The notes below the pieces were generated by a model. It was not told where the DNA came from, searched no databases, and was given only the letters and a program-made list of their open reading frames with translations. A DNA stretch of 64,000 bases from Minisyncoccota bacterium (GTDB taxonomy: Bacteria; Patescibacteriota; Minisyncoccia; Phycocordibacterales; UBA9973): positions 4,204 through 68,203 of the forward strand of contig JBAYKP010000001.1 of the NCBI GenBank assembly GCA_041664465.1, read 5' to 3'. A program made the translations under genes and the position numbers. How positions within the stretch are numbered: position 1 is the stretch's first letter; each line of letters opens with the position of its first letter. Below are positions 1-9,626 of the stretch, piece after piece.

Positions 1-38
1 CTATTCAAAGTAAGTTCTATATCTATGACCATATTCTT

Positions 39-926
39 TTATAAATTATTAAATAGTTTCAAGCGATTGTAGACTACTTGTTCTATGGCGAGGACGGCAG
101 GGACGAGGATTTTGTATGGGGCGACTTCGGAGGGGTTATCCGTTAGGAATTTTTGGAGAGCTTCTTTGTAGGCTACACGAATTTCAGTATTGATGTGGAT
201 GATAGATATACCGACTTTGATTGCATTTGTGAAATCAATATCGGCAATTCCTGAGCCACCATGGAGGACGAGTGGTACTCCACAAGCCTCTTTAATATTT
301 TTTATTCTTTCTATATCTAGTCTTGGATTGCCTCCTGTTACCATTCCGTGAATATTCCCGACTGATGGAGCAAGTAAATTTATGCCTGTCTGTTCTACAA
401 AATATTTTGCATCCTCTGGCTTCGTCATTGTCGCTTCACTTACACCTTCTGGAATTGCATCTAGAATTTTAGAAGATTGGCCAATGAATCCAAGCTCTGC
501 TTCTATCAAGATATCTCTACTCTCTTTCTCTCCTAATTCTTTCGCAAAATCCACGCATTTTTTGGTAAGTGAAATATTCTCATCGAGTGGTAGTTTTACG
601 GCGTCTATGATAGCAGAATCGTATCCAGCGTCGAGAGCGGCTTTCACTGATTCTAAGCTATAATGATGATCTGCATTTAAGAATATTGGATAATTATCTT
701 TTTCTTTAATTTCTTTTACAAGCACAGTCACTTCATCTCTACCAATGAATTCTTCTTCTCCTTCTGAGACTCCGATAACAACGGGGACTAAATGCCCAAC
801 TTCTCCTGATAATTTCTTACTAGCATTATATATACCGTGCAAAGCCTCTATATTTGAAATATTAAAATGCCCGATGGCTACCCCCTTTTCACTTGCTTCT
901 TGTATATATTCTCTTAAAGTTTTCAT
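39..926 (-). CDS. fba: Class II fructose-bisphosphate aldolase
   Basis: FLNADH, EAELG, GNIHG, LVLHGGSG and INTE motifs of metal-dependent class II aldolases. Confidence 0.92.
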   Translation of the reverse strand: MKTLREYIQEASEKGVAIGHFNISNIEALHGIYNASKKLSGEVGHLVPVVIGVSEGEEEFIGRDEVTVLVKEIKEKDNYPIFLNADHHYSLESVKAALDAGYDSAIIDAVKLPLDENISLTKKCVDFAKELGEKESRDILIEAELGFIGQSSKILDAIPEGVSEATMTKPEDAKYFVEQTGINLLAPSVGNIHGMVTGGNPRLDIERIKNIKEACGVPLVLHGGSGIADIDFTNAIKVGISIIHINTEIRVAYKEALQKFLTDNPSEVAPYKILVPAVLAIEQVVYNRLKLFNNL

Positions 927-963
927 CTTTTAATTATATCATATTATGGTACAATATGAATAT

Positions 964-1962
964 ATGGAAAAAGATAAACCAATTGATTTTCTGGCTATAG
1001 GAGATATAGCAACTGAGCCATTTATTAGAATTACAGATGCAGAGGCCAATTGCGACCTGCAAGGAGAACATTGCAAAATATGCTTTCGCTTTGGAGATAA
1101 GGTTCCTTATGAATCAGCAGAAGTATGCCATGCCCTAGGTAATAGTCCCAATGTCGCAGTCGGGGCAAGCAAGCTTGGTATAAATACTTCTCTTATTTCT
1201 TATGTGGGGGATGATTTAGTAGGTAAACAAGACATAGAGTCTTTAATGAAAGATGGAGTGAATATAGATCATATGAAAATTGTGCCGGGAATGGAGTCCA
1301 ACTACCATTACGTTCTTTGGTATGCCAATGAGAGGACTATTCTTGTAAAGCATACAGAATTCCCCTATTCATTTGGCGATGATACACCAGAAGCAAAATG
1401 GGTCTTTCTTTCTTCTCTCGCTTCAAATTCTACGGAGTATCATAAAGAAATAGGGAATTATTTGAAAAAGTATCCAGATACCAAGCTTATCTTTCAACCT
1501 GGGACTTTTCAAATAAAACTTGGTACAGAAATATTGAAAGATATTTATGAAAGAACGGAAATTCTTTTCTGTAATATCGTTGAAGTCAAAAGAATTTTAA
1601 ATACAGAGGAAAATGATAAGATTAAACTCTTAGAGCATTTACGTTTACTAGGACCCAAAATAGTAGTAATAACTGATGGATTAAATGGAGCGTATGCTTA
1701 TGATGGCACTGAGGCTTTATTTGTTCCTGTATATAGCAAAGAATCTTTTGAATCTACTGGTGCAGGCGATGCTTTCGCTAGTGCGATGATATCGGCTTTG
1801 ATATTAGGTAAAAGTTTGAAAGAAGCTTTCACTTGGGGTCCTATCAATGCTATGTCTGTCGTATCACAAGTCGGTGCACAGAAAGGATTACTTTCTAGAG
1901 AGAAATTGGAAGAGTATTTAGCAAATGCTCCGGAGGATTATAAGGTAATTAAGATTAATTAA
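964..1962 (+). CDS. PfkB-family carbohydrate kinase
   Basis: N-terminal GNSPNVAVG and C-terminal STGAGDAF PfkB signature; start moved to ATG 964, just downstream of a TGnTACAAT -10. Confidence 0.85.
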   Translation: MEKDKPIDFLAIGDIATEPFIRITDAEANCDLQGEHCKICFRFGDKVPYESAEVCHALGNSPNVAVGASKLGINTSLISYVGDDLVGKQDIESLMKDGVNIDHMKIVPGMESNYHYVLWYANERTILVKHTEFPYSFGDDTPEAKWVFLSSLASNSTEYHKEIGNYLKKYPDTKLIFQPGTFQIKLGTEILKDIYERTEILFCNIVEVKRILNTEENDKIKLLEHLRLLGPKIVVITDGLNGAYAYDGTEALFVPVYSKESFESTGAGDAFASAMISALILGKSLKEAFTWGPINAMSVVSQVGAQKGLLSREKLEEYLANAPEDYKVIKIN

Positions 1963-1966
1963 ATTT

Positions 1967-2449
1967 ATGAAAGAATTTTTGAATAAAAATTTGGTTACTA
2001 GAATTGAAGCTGAAGCAAATAAAAATCCAAAATTTGGGACTCAAATTTATGAGCTTAAACGCTTGGATACTGATATTAACGAATTAGAAGCCAAAATAGC
2101 AGAGAGAGAAAAACTTACAGATAACATTAATGATCTGATAGCTTTTCGTGAAGAATATGAGTTAGTTGAACTTTTGATACTTCTAAAAGAGAAAAGATAT
2201 AAAATTATCCACGAAGGAAATTCAAGAGTTACAATTTCTGAAAATGAAGAAGTGGATAAAATAGAACAAGAATCTTATAAAATAAATGTTGAGAAAAGTG
2301 ACAGTATCATATCTCAAATTGATAATCTTATGTTTAAAATATTGCAAATAAAAACAAATCCTCCAGAAACAAGTTCAGAACAAAAGGAAAAAAATTTAGA
2401 AATTAAAAAAATTCTAAAAGAAATTGATATTTTAACGAGAGTCAATTAA
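1967..2449 (+). CDS. Hypothetical charged, coiled-coil-like protein
   Basis: 160-aa ORF, E/K/I rich, follows pfkB by 4 nt; no recognisable motif. Confidence 0.55.
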   Translation: MKEFLNKNLVTRIEAEANKNPKFGTQIYELKRLDTDINELEAKIAEREKLTDNINDLIAFREEYELVELLILLKEKRYKIIHEGNSRVTISENEEVDKIEQESYKINVEKSDSIISQIDNLMFKILQIKTNPPETSSEQKEKNLEIKKILKEIDILTRVN

Positions 2450-3460
2450 TCTTCTTACTGCTTCTATTATACTTTCTGTATCTATTTTATAATACTTGGC
2501 AAGTTCTTCGGGTTTTCCTGATTGACCAAACTTATCTTTTATACCCACGAATTCTATTCTTGTAGGATAGAATTCGCTTAAACATTCTGCAACTGCGCTC
2601 CCCATTCCTCCAGCTATTTGGTGATCTTCTATTGTCACTATATGTTTTGTTTCTTTCGCTAGTGATATTATGGCTTCTTTATCAAGAGGTTTAATTGTTG
2701 AAAGATTCATAACTTTTATTTTTATTCCTTCACTCTCTAATTTTTTAGCAGCCATCAAAGCATTATATAAAACAGGTCCTGTGGCTATTATACCTACTTC
2801 TGCTAAACCATTTTCTGGGCCAAAGACTATTTGTGCTTTACCTATTTCAAAAGGAGTTTCGTTGGTAGTTATTATAGGGGTATCATTTCTAGCACATCTT
2901 AAGTATGTAGGATTTTTAGTTTTAGCAAGAGCCTCTGTTGCCTTCTTGGCTTCTATCGCATCACAAGGCGAAATTACTACCATATTGGGAAGTACACGAG
3001 TAAGGGCTATGTCTTCAAGCATTTGATGGCTTCCTCCATCAGGTCCGACAGAAAGCCCAGCATGAGAGCCGATAATTTTGACATTTTGATTGTTGTAGCA
3101 AATAGTTGTTCTTATTTGTTCCCAATTTCTTCCTGGATTAAAAATTGCATATGAAGCTATAAAAGGAATCTTACCCATAGCTGCCATTCCACTTGCCACA
3201 CTAGCCATGTTTTGTTCTGCTATGCCTACTTCTATAAAACGTTTAGGAAATTTATCAGCAAAAAGATTCATTTTTACTGATTCCAACAAATCAGCACAAA
3301 GTCCGACAACTTTTTCATCGTCAATTGCAGCTAAAAGTAAACCTTCGCCAAATCCGGCCCTCGTAGACTTTTTCTCCACACCTGCCCCGTTGGAAGTACT
3401 CTTTCCTTCGGGGTCAGAATTAAAAATTTTAGTATTTAGTTTTAAATTTTGATTAAGCAT
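2432..3460 (-). CDS. tkt: Transketolase, pyrimidine-binding/C-terminal subunit
   Basis: GIAEQNM, GPDGGSHQ and EDHQIAGGMG motifs; adjacent to the N-terminal subunit. Confidence 0.92.
   Translation of the reverse strand: MLNQNLKLNTKIFNSDPEGKSTSNGAGVEKKSTRAGFGEGLLLAAIDDEKVVGLCADLLESVKMNLFADKFPKRFIEVGIAEQNMASVASGMAAMGKIPFIASYAIFNPGRNWEQIRTTICYNNQNVKIIGSHAGLSVGPDGGSHQMLEDIALTRVLPNMVVISPCDAIEAKKATEALAKTKNPTYLRCARNDTPIITTNETPFEIGKAQIVFGPENGLAEVGIIATGPVLYNALMAAKKLESEGIKIKVMNLSTIKPLDKEAIISLAKETKHIVTIEDHQIAGGMGSAVAECLSEFYPTRIEFVGIKDKFGQSGKPEELAKYYKIDTESIIEAVRRLIDSR
3382..3417. repeat. Palindromic element in frame within transketolase C subunit (CCCGTTRGAA type)
   Basis: CTGCCCCGTTGGAAG-TACT-CTTTCCTTCGGGGTCAG hairpin; encodes SDPEGKSTSNGAG near the N-terminus. 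Confidence 0.65.
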
Positions 3461-3461
3461 A

Positions 3462-4313
3462 TTATTTTAATTTGTCTCCTCGCATGTTTAACTCTTTAAT
3501 AGCCATTTCATATTGATCTTTATTAGGAGCAATACCATGCCACTTATAATCATTTTCCCATTCTTTTACACCCTTACCTGGGATAGTATTGGCAATAATA
3601 ACTGATGGCTTCCATTTTGTATTTTTGGCATGATAAATAGCGTGATTAATTTCTCTGAAATCATTTCCATTAATTTTTTGCACATCCCAATTAAAAGATT
3701 TCCATTTATCTTCTAAGACACTAAGAGGCATGACTTCTTCAGTTGTTCCATCTATCTGTATGAAATTACGATCCACGATAACTATTAAGTTATCGAGTTT
3801 GTATTTAGCTCCAAGCATTATCGCTTCCCAATTTTGCCCTTCATTTAATTCTCCGTCGCCAACCATGCAATATATTGTTTTATCTATTCCATTATCCATC
3901 CGAGACGCTATTGCCATACCTACTGCTTGTGATAAACCTTCACCTAAGGGTCCTGAAGAAGTATCTACCTGAGGGAGGAATTCACGATGAGGATGTCCTT
4001 GGAGGTGTGTACCAAACTTGCGAAGAGTTTTCAATTCTTCAATTTTGAAATATCCCGCATGTGCCATAGTGGCATAAAGTACAGGGCAAATATGACCATT
4101 GGAGAGTACTAGGCGATCTCTTTCCATCCAATATGGGTTCTCTGGCTTATGTCTAAGTGCATTGAAATAAAGATAGGTAAATACATCAGTCATTCCAAGT
4201 GCGCCTGCTGTATGACCAGAGCCAGCTAAGTAAAGCATCTCTACTATACTCTTACGAATATCGTTCGCTTTAATTTTTAACTCTTCTATTGTTTCATCTT
4301 TAATAGTTTCCAT
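3462..4313 (-). CDS. tkt: Transketolase, TPP-binding N-terminal subunit
   Basis: GSGH, RDRLVLSNGH, LQGHP, GPLGEG and GDGELNEG TPP-binding motif. Confidence 0.93.
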   Translation of the reverse strand: METIKDETIEELKIKANDIRKSIVEMLYLAGSGHTAGALGMTDVFTYLYFNALRHKPENPYWMERDRLVLSNGHICPVLYATMAHAGYFKIEELKTLRKFGTHLQGHPHREFLPQVDTSSGPLGEGLSQAVGMAIASRMDNGIDKTIYCMVGDGELNEGQNWEAIMLGAKYKLDNLIVIVDRNFIQIDGTTEEVMPLSVLEDKWKSFNWDVQKINGNDFREINHAIYHAKNTKWKPSVIIANTIPGKGVKEWENDYKWHGIAPNKDQYEMAIKELNMRGDKLK

Positions 4314-4314
4314 A

Positions 4315-5001
4315 TTACAAATTTTCTAATTCTTTCATAGTTTCTTTTACATCAAAACTTCTCATAAGAGCACTTCCAACTACTAATCTATTTGCTCCAG
4401 CTTTTACTAATCTTGGAGCTGTTTCTTCATTTACGCATCCATCAACACTTATAATTAAATCGGGGTATTGGGATTTCAAATCTTCAATCTGATTTAAAAC
4501 TCTGTCATCAAATGATTCCCCTTGAAAACCAATATGTAGGATACCCATACATTGTACAAAATCTATAGAATTTATAAAAGGGAAAAGTTTCTCTATGGCG
4601 GTGGTTGTATTTATTGCGATTCCTATTTCTAGGTTCTCTCTGGTATATGGATCTATGGAGTTTATAAATTCTTTAAGCTCATCTTCATTTTCGGCTTCTA
4701 GATGAAATATTATCCTTTTAGCCCCAAGTCTTACAAAAAAGTCGAATTGCTTAATTGCATCTTTCACCATCAAATCAAATTCAAAATCTAAATTTTCCCA
4801 ATATGGCATTCCCTCTTCCTTGTCTAATATTAAGGCTACGCTTTCCGCATCGTTTCTATCCATTGGCCAAGATTTTGACTCAACGAATTTACCGTCGCAA
4901 ATATCTATTTGTACTATACGTGCTATGTTTACAACATTTGCGATTTTTTGTCGCAAATCATTTATATCTTTAGCTAAAATTGCTGGTATAACTTCGGTCA
5001 T
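4315..5001 (-). CDS. rpe: Ribulose-phosphate 3-epimerase
   Basis: IPAILA, QIDICDGKFV, DLMV, GFQG, VDG and VVGSAL motifs; pentose phosphate context. Confidence 0.85.
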   Translation of the reverse strand: MTEVIPAILAKDINDLRQKIANVVNIARIVQIDICDGKFVESKSWPMDRNDAESVALILDKEEGMPYWENLDFEFDLMVKDAIKQFDFFVRLGAKRIIFHLEAENEDELKEFINSIDPYTRENLEIGIAINTTTAIEKLFPFINSIDFVQCMGILHIGFQGESFDDRVLNQIEDLKSQYPDLIISVDGCVNEETAPRLVKAGANRLVVGSALMRSFDVKETMKELENL

Positions 5002-5003
5002 AG

Positions 5004-5453
5004 TTACTTTTCTTCTTCATTTATTTTATTAATTCTTCTTACGTGGCGTTCATCATTTGTAAAAGGAGTATTCATAAATAATAGAATGGCATTTTTAGCT
5101 TCATCTTCTGTTATGAATCTTGCGCCAAGGGAAAGTATGTTAGCGTTATTATGCTCTCTGCCAAGCTTCACGATCTCTAAGTTACCGCCATAGAATTCTA
5201 TCGCCCTCACGCCATCTACTTTGTTTGCTGAGATTTGTTCTCCTTCACCAGTCCCGCCAATAATTATTCCAAGTGATTTACTATCTTTAACGACAGCTTC
5301 TGCAACTGGGATGATAAAGTCAGGATAATCATCTTCATTGTCTAGCATAAAAGCCCCCTTATCTACAACTTCAATGTTGAGACTTTGCATGTATGTCTTT
5401 AATTTTTCTTTAAGTTCGTATCCCGCGTGGTCACTACCGATGTATATTTTCAT
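5004..5453 (-). CDS. rpiB: Ribose-5-phosphate isomerase B (RpiB/LacA/LacB family)
   Basis: MKIYIGSDHAG start at 5453; DYPD, HNNANILSLG and RHVRR motifs. Confidence 0.9.
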   Translation of the reverse strand: MKIYIGSDHAGYELKEKLKTYMQSLNIEVVDKGAFMLDNEDDYPDFIIPVAEAVVKDSKSLGIIIGGTGEGEQISANKVDGVRAIEFYGGNLEIVKLGREHNNANILSLGARFITEDEAKNAILLFMNTPFTNDERHVRRINKINEEEK

Positions 5454-5538
5454 ATGTGTATTATATAACAATTTAATAAAAATCAGAAATAGTTTTGAGC
5501 TTAGGATGATGTTCGAATGAGTATCATAAATGAAAAAT

Positions 5539-5567
5539 AAAAAGGGACACGGATGTGCCCCTTTTTT
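5539..5567. terminator. Intrinsic terminator-like hairpin
   Basis: AAAAAGGGACAC-GGAT-GTGCCCCTTTTTT with flanking A and T tracts. Confidence 0.6.
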
Positions 5568-5585
5568 CTTCAACTTTTAAACCCT

Positions 5586-5798
5586 TCAACTAATCAATGC
5601 TATCACCGTGTCATAAACAACAAAAGTGCAACTGATAGTTATAAAGTACTCAGAACCATCTGATTTCACTTTATGGGGGTTAGAACAATTCTCATAGAGG
5701 TCTTTACTTCCTTCCAGAATTTCCTTAACTGAGGATAGTTCTGAAAGATTTCCACGAACCTCAAAAACAACATCTTTGGGGGGAATAATTGTTTTCAT
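5586..5798 (-). CDS. Small hypothetical protein (70 aa)
   Basis: ORF followed by a terminator-like hairpin; no motif. Confidence 0.45.
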   Translation of the reverse strand: MKTIIPPKDVVFEVRGNLSELSSVKEILEGSKDLYENCSNPHKVKSDGSEYFITISCTFVVYDTVIALIS

Positions 5799-5904
5799 AA
5801 TTTTTATTATTGGTAATACAACTTCTATCTCACATTACATTTTTCATTTTGTAAAGTCAAGTGCTGTTTTGATAAAATTTAGTATAGGTTATAATGATTG
5901 ATAT

Positions 5905-6696
5905 ATGATTAATTTCCATAAATACCATGGTGCTGGGAATGACTTTATAATGATAAACAACTTGGATAAGAGTATTTTCCTTACATCTCTAGATATAAGC
6001 CTATATTGTGATAGGAATTTTGGTATTGGTGCAGATGGTATTATTCTTTTAGAGCCTTCTGCAAAGGCAGATTGCTTTATGAATTATTATAATTCTGATG
6101 GAAGCTTAGCAGAGATGTGTGGTAATGGCGCCCGCTGTACAGCGAAGTTCTACTTGAAAGAAACTGGGGAAGATATAAAAGAAATACACCTTGAAACTCG
6201 TGCAGGTGTAAAGAATATAAAAGTAAATGAAGACGATACTTACTCTGTAGATATGGGAGCACCTATGTTTGAAAGTTCAGATTTCTCTACTGGTACATTA
6301 AAACTTGAAGGTTTTGATTTTAATTGTGTATCTATGGGGAATCCTCATGCAGTTGCCATAGTAGAAGACTTAGAAAAGATAGATTTGAAAACTATTGGGC
6401 CCAAAATAGAAAATAATGAAAACTTTCCAAATAAAATAAACGTAGAATTTGTACAAAAAATAATGAATGACTACTATAAAGTCAAAGTCTGGGAACGTGG
6501 TTGTGGAGCAACTCTTGCTTGTGGTACTGGTGCTTGTGCAGTTTATTCAATCTTGAATAAACTTTCCCCTAGGCAAGGCCTCGGGGAAGAAATTACCTTA
6601 GAATTCCCTGGTGGAAAGCTCTATTTATCTAAAAATGAACAAAGCCACGTAATCCTACGTGGCCCTGCTACTTTTGTATTTGAAGGAAAGATATAA
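5905..6696 (+). CDS. dapF: Diaminopimelate epimerase
   Basis: KYHGAGNDF, GIGADG, EMCGNGARC, MGNPH and ERGCGATLACGTG motifs. Confidence 0.95.
   Translation: MINFHKYHGAGNDFIMINNLDKSIFLTSLDISLYCDRNFGIGADGIILLEPSAKADCFMNYYNSDGSLAEMCGNGARCTAKFYLKETGEDIKEIHLETRAGVKNIKVNEDDTYSVDMGAPMFESSDFSTGTLKLEGFDFNCVSMGNPHAVAIVEDLEKIDLKTIGPKIENNENFPNKINVEFVQKIMNDYYKVKVWERGCGATLACGTGACAVYSILNKLSPRQGLGEEITLEFPGGKLYLSKNEQSHVILRGPATFVFEGKI
6564..6588. repeat. Palindromic element in frame within dapF
   Basis: TTCCCCTAGGC-AAG-GCCTCGGGGAA encoding SPRQGLGE; the core matches the intergenic hairpin at 21018 at 14 of 17 positions. Confidence 0.6.
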
Positions 6697-6706
6697 ATAA
6701 AGAATC

Positions 6707-6910
6707 TTAACTTTGCAACACACTTTTTTCATACGTTATTAATGAGGCAGAGAATATAGTGCCAAATTTAATTTGAGTTAAATTTCTTGAAGAGCAATTC
6801 TTCCCTACCATGTCACACCCATCAATAGTTATTATTGTGAAGTGAGGAAAGACTGGAAAGAAAAAAGAAAGTATGATATACACTAAAACTATTATAAGAA
6901 TTTTTTTCAT
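6707..6910 (-). CDS. Small exported/membrane hypothetical protein
   Basis: 67 aa, MKK plus hydrophobic N-terminus, two Cys; starts 2 nt after the gap stop. Confidence 0.5.
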   Translation of the reverse strand: MKKILIIVLVYIILSFFFPVFPHFTIITIDGCDMVGKNCSSRNLTQIKFGTIFSASLITYEKSVLQS

Positions 6911-6912
6911 AA

Positions 6913-7977
6913 TTATTTAATACTCTGTCCTGTTTTGATAACGTGGTCTACGAGTGTGTAGGTATACCCCATTTCGTTGTCATACCAGCCCATAACTTTT
7001 ACTAGATTGCCTCCGACAACGCGAGTCATTTCAAGGTCTGCTATGCAAGCATGGCTTTCTTCAAGAATATCAGATGAGACTAAGTTGTCTTCTGTGATAG
7101 TGAAGAGTTTATGCCAGCGAGAATCAAGAGCTGCCTTTTTCATAATCTCATTCACCTCTTCTTTAGTTGTATCTCTTTTAGCTATGAAAGTAATATCTAC
7201 TATTGAGCCTGCTGGAACTGGAACGCGGATAGATATACCATCAAATAAACCTTTCAATACTGGGAAAGCTTCTGTGACAGCAATAGCGGCACCTGTGGAT
7301 GAAGGAATGATGTTCTGTGCTGCTGCACGACCTTCGCGAAGGTCTTTCTTGCTTGGGCCATCTACGAGTGCTTGAGTAGCTGTGTATCCATGAACTGTGT
7401 TTAAGATTGCTTTTTCTATGCCTATAGATTCGTGCATTATAGCGATAAGTGGTGAAGCGGCATTTGTAGTACATGAAGCGTTGGAAGTGATATCACAAGT
7501 GCCAAACTTTTCTTCATTTATACCAAGGAGAATTGTTGCGCCAGGAGTTGTACTTTCAGCACCCCCGCCTTGACTCGGCGAGGCAGGTTTTGCTGGAGCT
7601 GTAATCACAACCTTTTTAGCACCTTGATCAATATGGAACTTGGCTTTGTCATACGAAGTGAAGAGGCCTGTGGATTCTACTACTACGTCTATATCTAAAT
7701 CCTTCCAAGGAAGCTTAGTGGTATCTTTTTCTGAAAGGTATACTATTTTTCTTTCATCAATAATTAAGTTACTTGTCCCGTTAGAATTGTCCTCGGTTCG
7801 CACGGGATGGTCCCAGTTTTTATAAACAGTATCGTGACGAAGCAAATATGAAAGACTTGCAATTGATCCAAGGTCATTAATTGCTACTATTTCAATCTCG
7901 GGATTCTCCCAAGTAATTTTCAAAAATGCTCTTCCAATTCTTCCGAAACCATTTATTGCAACTCTTATTTTTTTCAT
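6913..7977 (-). CDS. gap: Glyceraldehyde-3-phosphate dehydrogenase, type I
   Basis: INGFGRIGR, NASCTTN and WYDNE motifs; start set at 7977 because the upstream ATG lies inside a repeat element. Confidence 0.96.
   Translation of the reverse strand: MKKIRVAINGFGRIGRAFLKITWENPEIEIVAINDLGSIASLSYLLRHDTVYKNWDHPVRTEDNSNGTSNLIIDERKIVYLSEKDTTKLPWKDLDIDVVVESTGLFTSYDKAKFHIDQGAKKVVITAPAKPASPSQGGGAESTTPGATILLGINEEKFGTCDITSNASCTTNAASPLIAIMHESIGIEKAILNTVHGYTATQALVDGPSKKDLREGRAAAQNIIPSSTGAAIAVTEAFPVLKGLFDGISIRVPVPAGSIVDITFIAKRDTTKEEVNEIMKKAALDSRWHKLFTITEDNLVSSDILEESHACIADLEMTRVVGGNLVKVMGWYDNEMGYTYTLVDHVIKTGQSIK
7565..7587. repeat. Palindromic element in frame within gap
   Basis: CCGCCTTGACTCGGCGAGGCAGG imperfect hairpin encoding PASPSQGG after ITAPAK. 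Confidence 0.6.
7775..7808. repeat. Second palindromic element in frame within gap (CCCGTTRGAA type)
   Basis: TCCCGT...ACGGGA arms; shares CCCGTTRGAA with the tkt element; encodes PVRTEDNSNGT. Confidence 0.55.
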
Positions 7978-7983
7978 ATATTT

Positions 7984-8016
7984 TCTTTGGCTCGCCATAG
8001 CTTTCTGCGTAGGCGG
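7984..8016. repeat. REP-like dispersed repeat, copy 1
   Basis: TCTTTGGCTCGCCATAGCTTTCTGCGTAGGCGG, 31 of 33 identical to 42135-42167; lies 4 nt after the gatB stop. Confidence 0.85.
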
Positions 8017-8020
8017 TTAA

Positions 8021-9436
8021 TTATGCTAATAATTCTTTTAATATTTTCTGCACAAGGGCTGGGTTGGCAGAACCCGAACTTTCTTTCATAACTTGACCAA
8101 CTAAGGACATTATAGCATTTTCTTTGCCTCCTTTGTATGTTTCTACGACGGCAGGATTTGCATCTATGACCATTTGGACTATTTTTTTAAGTGCTCCTTC
8201 ATCGTGATTTTGTATCAAACCTTTTTCTTTAGCAATTTTCTCAGGTGATTCATCCTTCACTACAATAATAGCGAGGATATCTTTAGCTCCACGAGATGAA
8301 ATATCTCCTTTTGTGACCATATCAATAAGCTCTACAAAGTTCTTTTCACTTGGGAGTTGAGCTCCTAAGTTAACCTTTTTTATTCCTAAATAATCAGAAG
8401 TTATATAATTTGAAGCAGTTTTAACTTTCTCTTTATCTTTAAGTGTATTGGCAACTTGTTCAAACCAGCGACCAAGCTCTTGGTCAACAATATAACTTTC
8501 TATGTCTTCATCTTTTATTCCATAATCATTTCTATAACGATTCCTCTTTGCTTCTGGAAGCTCTGGAAGCTCACTACGCATTTTCTCTATATCAAAAATT
8601 TTAGAGAGGAAAAGCTTTGGAAGATCTGGATCTGGGAAGTATCTATAATCATTAGCATTCTCTTTCTTACGTTGGGAGAAAGTAGACTGCTTGTTCTCAT
8701 CCCAGCCACGAGTTTCTTGAACTATTTCATCCCCCTTCCCTGCATCAAGAAGAGCCGACATCCTCTTCGTCTCGTATTCTGCAGCACGCTCCATAGCCTT
8801 GAAAGAATTTATATTTTTCACTTCTACTTTAGTGCCGAAAATTTTTGGATCTTCTGATATTGAAATATTAAGCTCTACACGCATTTGGCCTTTCTCCATA
8901 TTGGCTTCTGAAACTCCGAGATAACGAAGTACTGCTTGAAGTTCACGTCCGAAATCTCCTGCTTGCTTGGCAGAATGAATGACAGGCTCTGTGACAAGCT
9001 CCATAAGAGGCACTCCTGCACGATTGAAGTCTACTAGAGAGTAGTCGCCTCGGTCGTGTTTACTTGTAGCTGTATCTTCTTCTAGGTGTACACGAGTAAT
9101 CTCTACGCCGTGGAGAGAACCACCGGAGACGATTGGATATTTGTATTGAGAAATCTGATAAGCCTTAGGTATATCTGGATAAAAGTAATTCTTACGATCA
9201 AATTCTGTAAAATCCGCAATTTTTGCACCAAGTGCAAGACCCACCTTGATGACACTTTCCATTGCCTTTTTATTGATAACAGGCAGGGTCCCTGGATGAG
9301 CCATACAGACTGGGCAGATATTTACGTTTGGCTTCACTTCATCTGGATCATTCTTGCACCCACAAAACATCTTTGAATTAGTATTTAGTTCGGCATGAAT
9401 TTCGAGCCCGATAGTAGTATAGTATTGTTTGGACAT
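8021..9436 (-). CDS. gatB: Asp-tRNA(Asn)/Glu-tRNA(Gln) amidotransferase subunit B
   Basis: IGLEIH, FDRKNYFYPD, HLEED, NRAGVPLMELVTEP and YRYFPDPD motifs. Confidence 0.96.
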   Translation of the reverse strand: MSKQYYTTIGLEIHAELNTNSKMFCGCKNDPDEVKPNVNICPVCMAHPGTLPVINKKAMESVIKVGLALGAKIADFTEFDRKNYFYPDIPKAYQISQYKYPIVSGGSLHGVEITRVHLEEDTATSKHDRGDYSLVDFNRAGVPLMELVTEPVIHSAKQAGDFGRELQAVLRYLGVSEANMEKGQMRVELNISISEDPKIFGTKVEVKNINSFKAMERAAEYETKRMSALLDAGKGDEIVQETRGWDENKQSTFSQRKKENANDYRYFPDPDLPKLFLSKIFDIEKMRSELPELPEAKRNRYRNDYGIKDEDIESYIVDQELGRWFEQVANTLKDKEKVKTASNYITSDYLGIKKVNLGAQLPSEKNFVELIDMVTKGDISSRGAKDILAIIVVKDESPEKIAKEKGLIQNHDEGALKKIVQMVIDANPAVVETYKGGKENAIMSLVGQVMKESSGSANPALVQKILKELLA

Positions 9437-9502
9437 ATAAGGAGTATAGCAAAATTTGTAAAAATTTGAAAATTATGTAAGAATATTAGCTGTAAGTCAT
9501 TT

Positions 9503-9584
9503 GCCCGAGTGGCGGAATTGGTATACGCGCACGACTTAAAATCGTGTCTCGTAAGGGATGTGGGTTCGACCCCCACCTCGGGCA
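9503..9584 (+). tRNA. tRNA-Leu (anticodon TAA)
   Basis: GCCCGAG/CTCGGGC acceptor stem, CACGA-CTTAAAA-TCGTG anticodon arm, long variable arm, GTTCGA T-loop; CCA not encoded. Confidence 0.95.
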
Positions 9585-9596
9585 CAAATGAAAAAT

Positions 9597-9619
9597 CTAA
9601 TGAAGTCGGACTTCCTTAG
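9597..9619. terminator. Hairpin between the convergent tRNA-Leu and M23 gene
   Basis: CTAA-TGAAGTCGGACTTCC-TTAG with flanking A and T tracts. Confidence 0.45.
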
Positions 9620-9626
9620 TTTTTAT

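Noticed and set aside
9385-9585. 66-aa ORF MPEVGVEPT...
   Set aside because: Antisense reading of tRNA-Leu.
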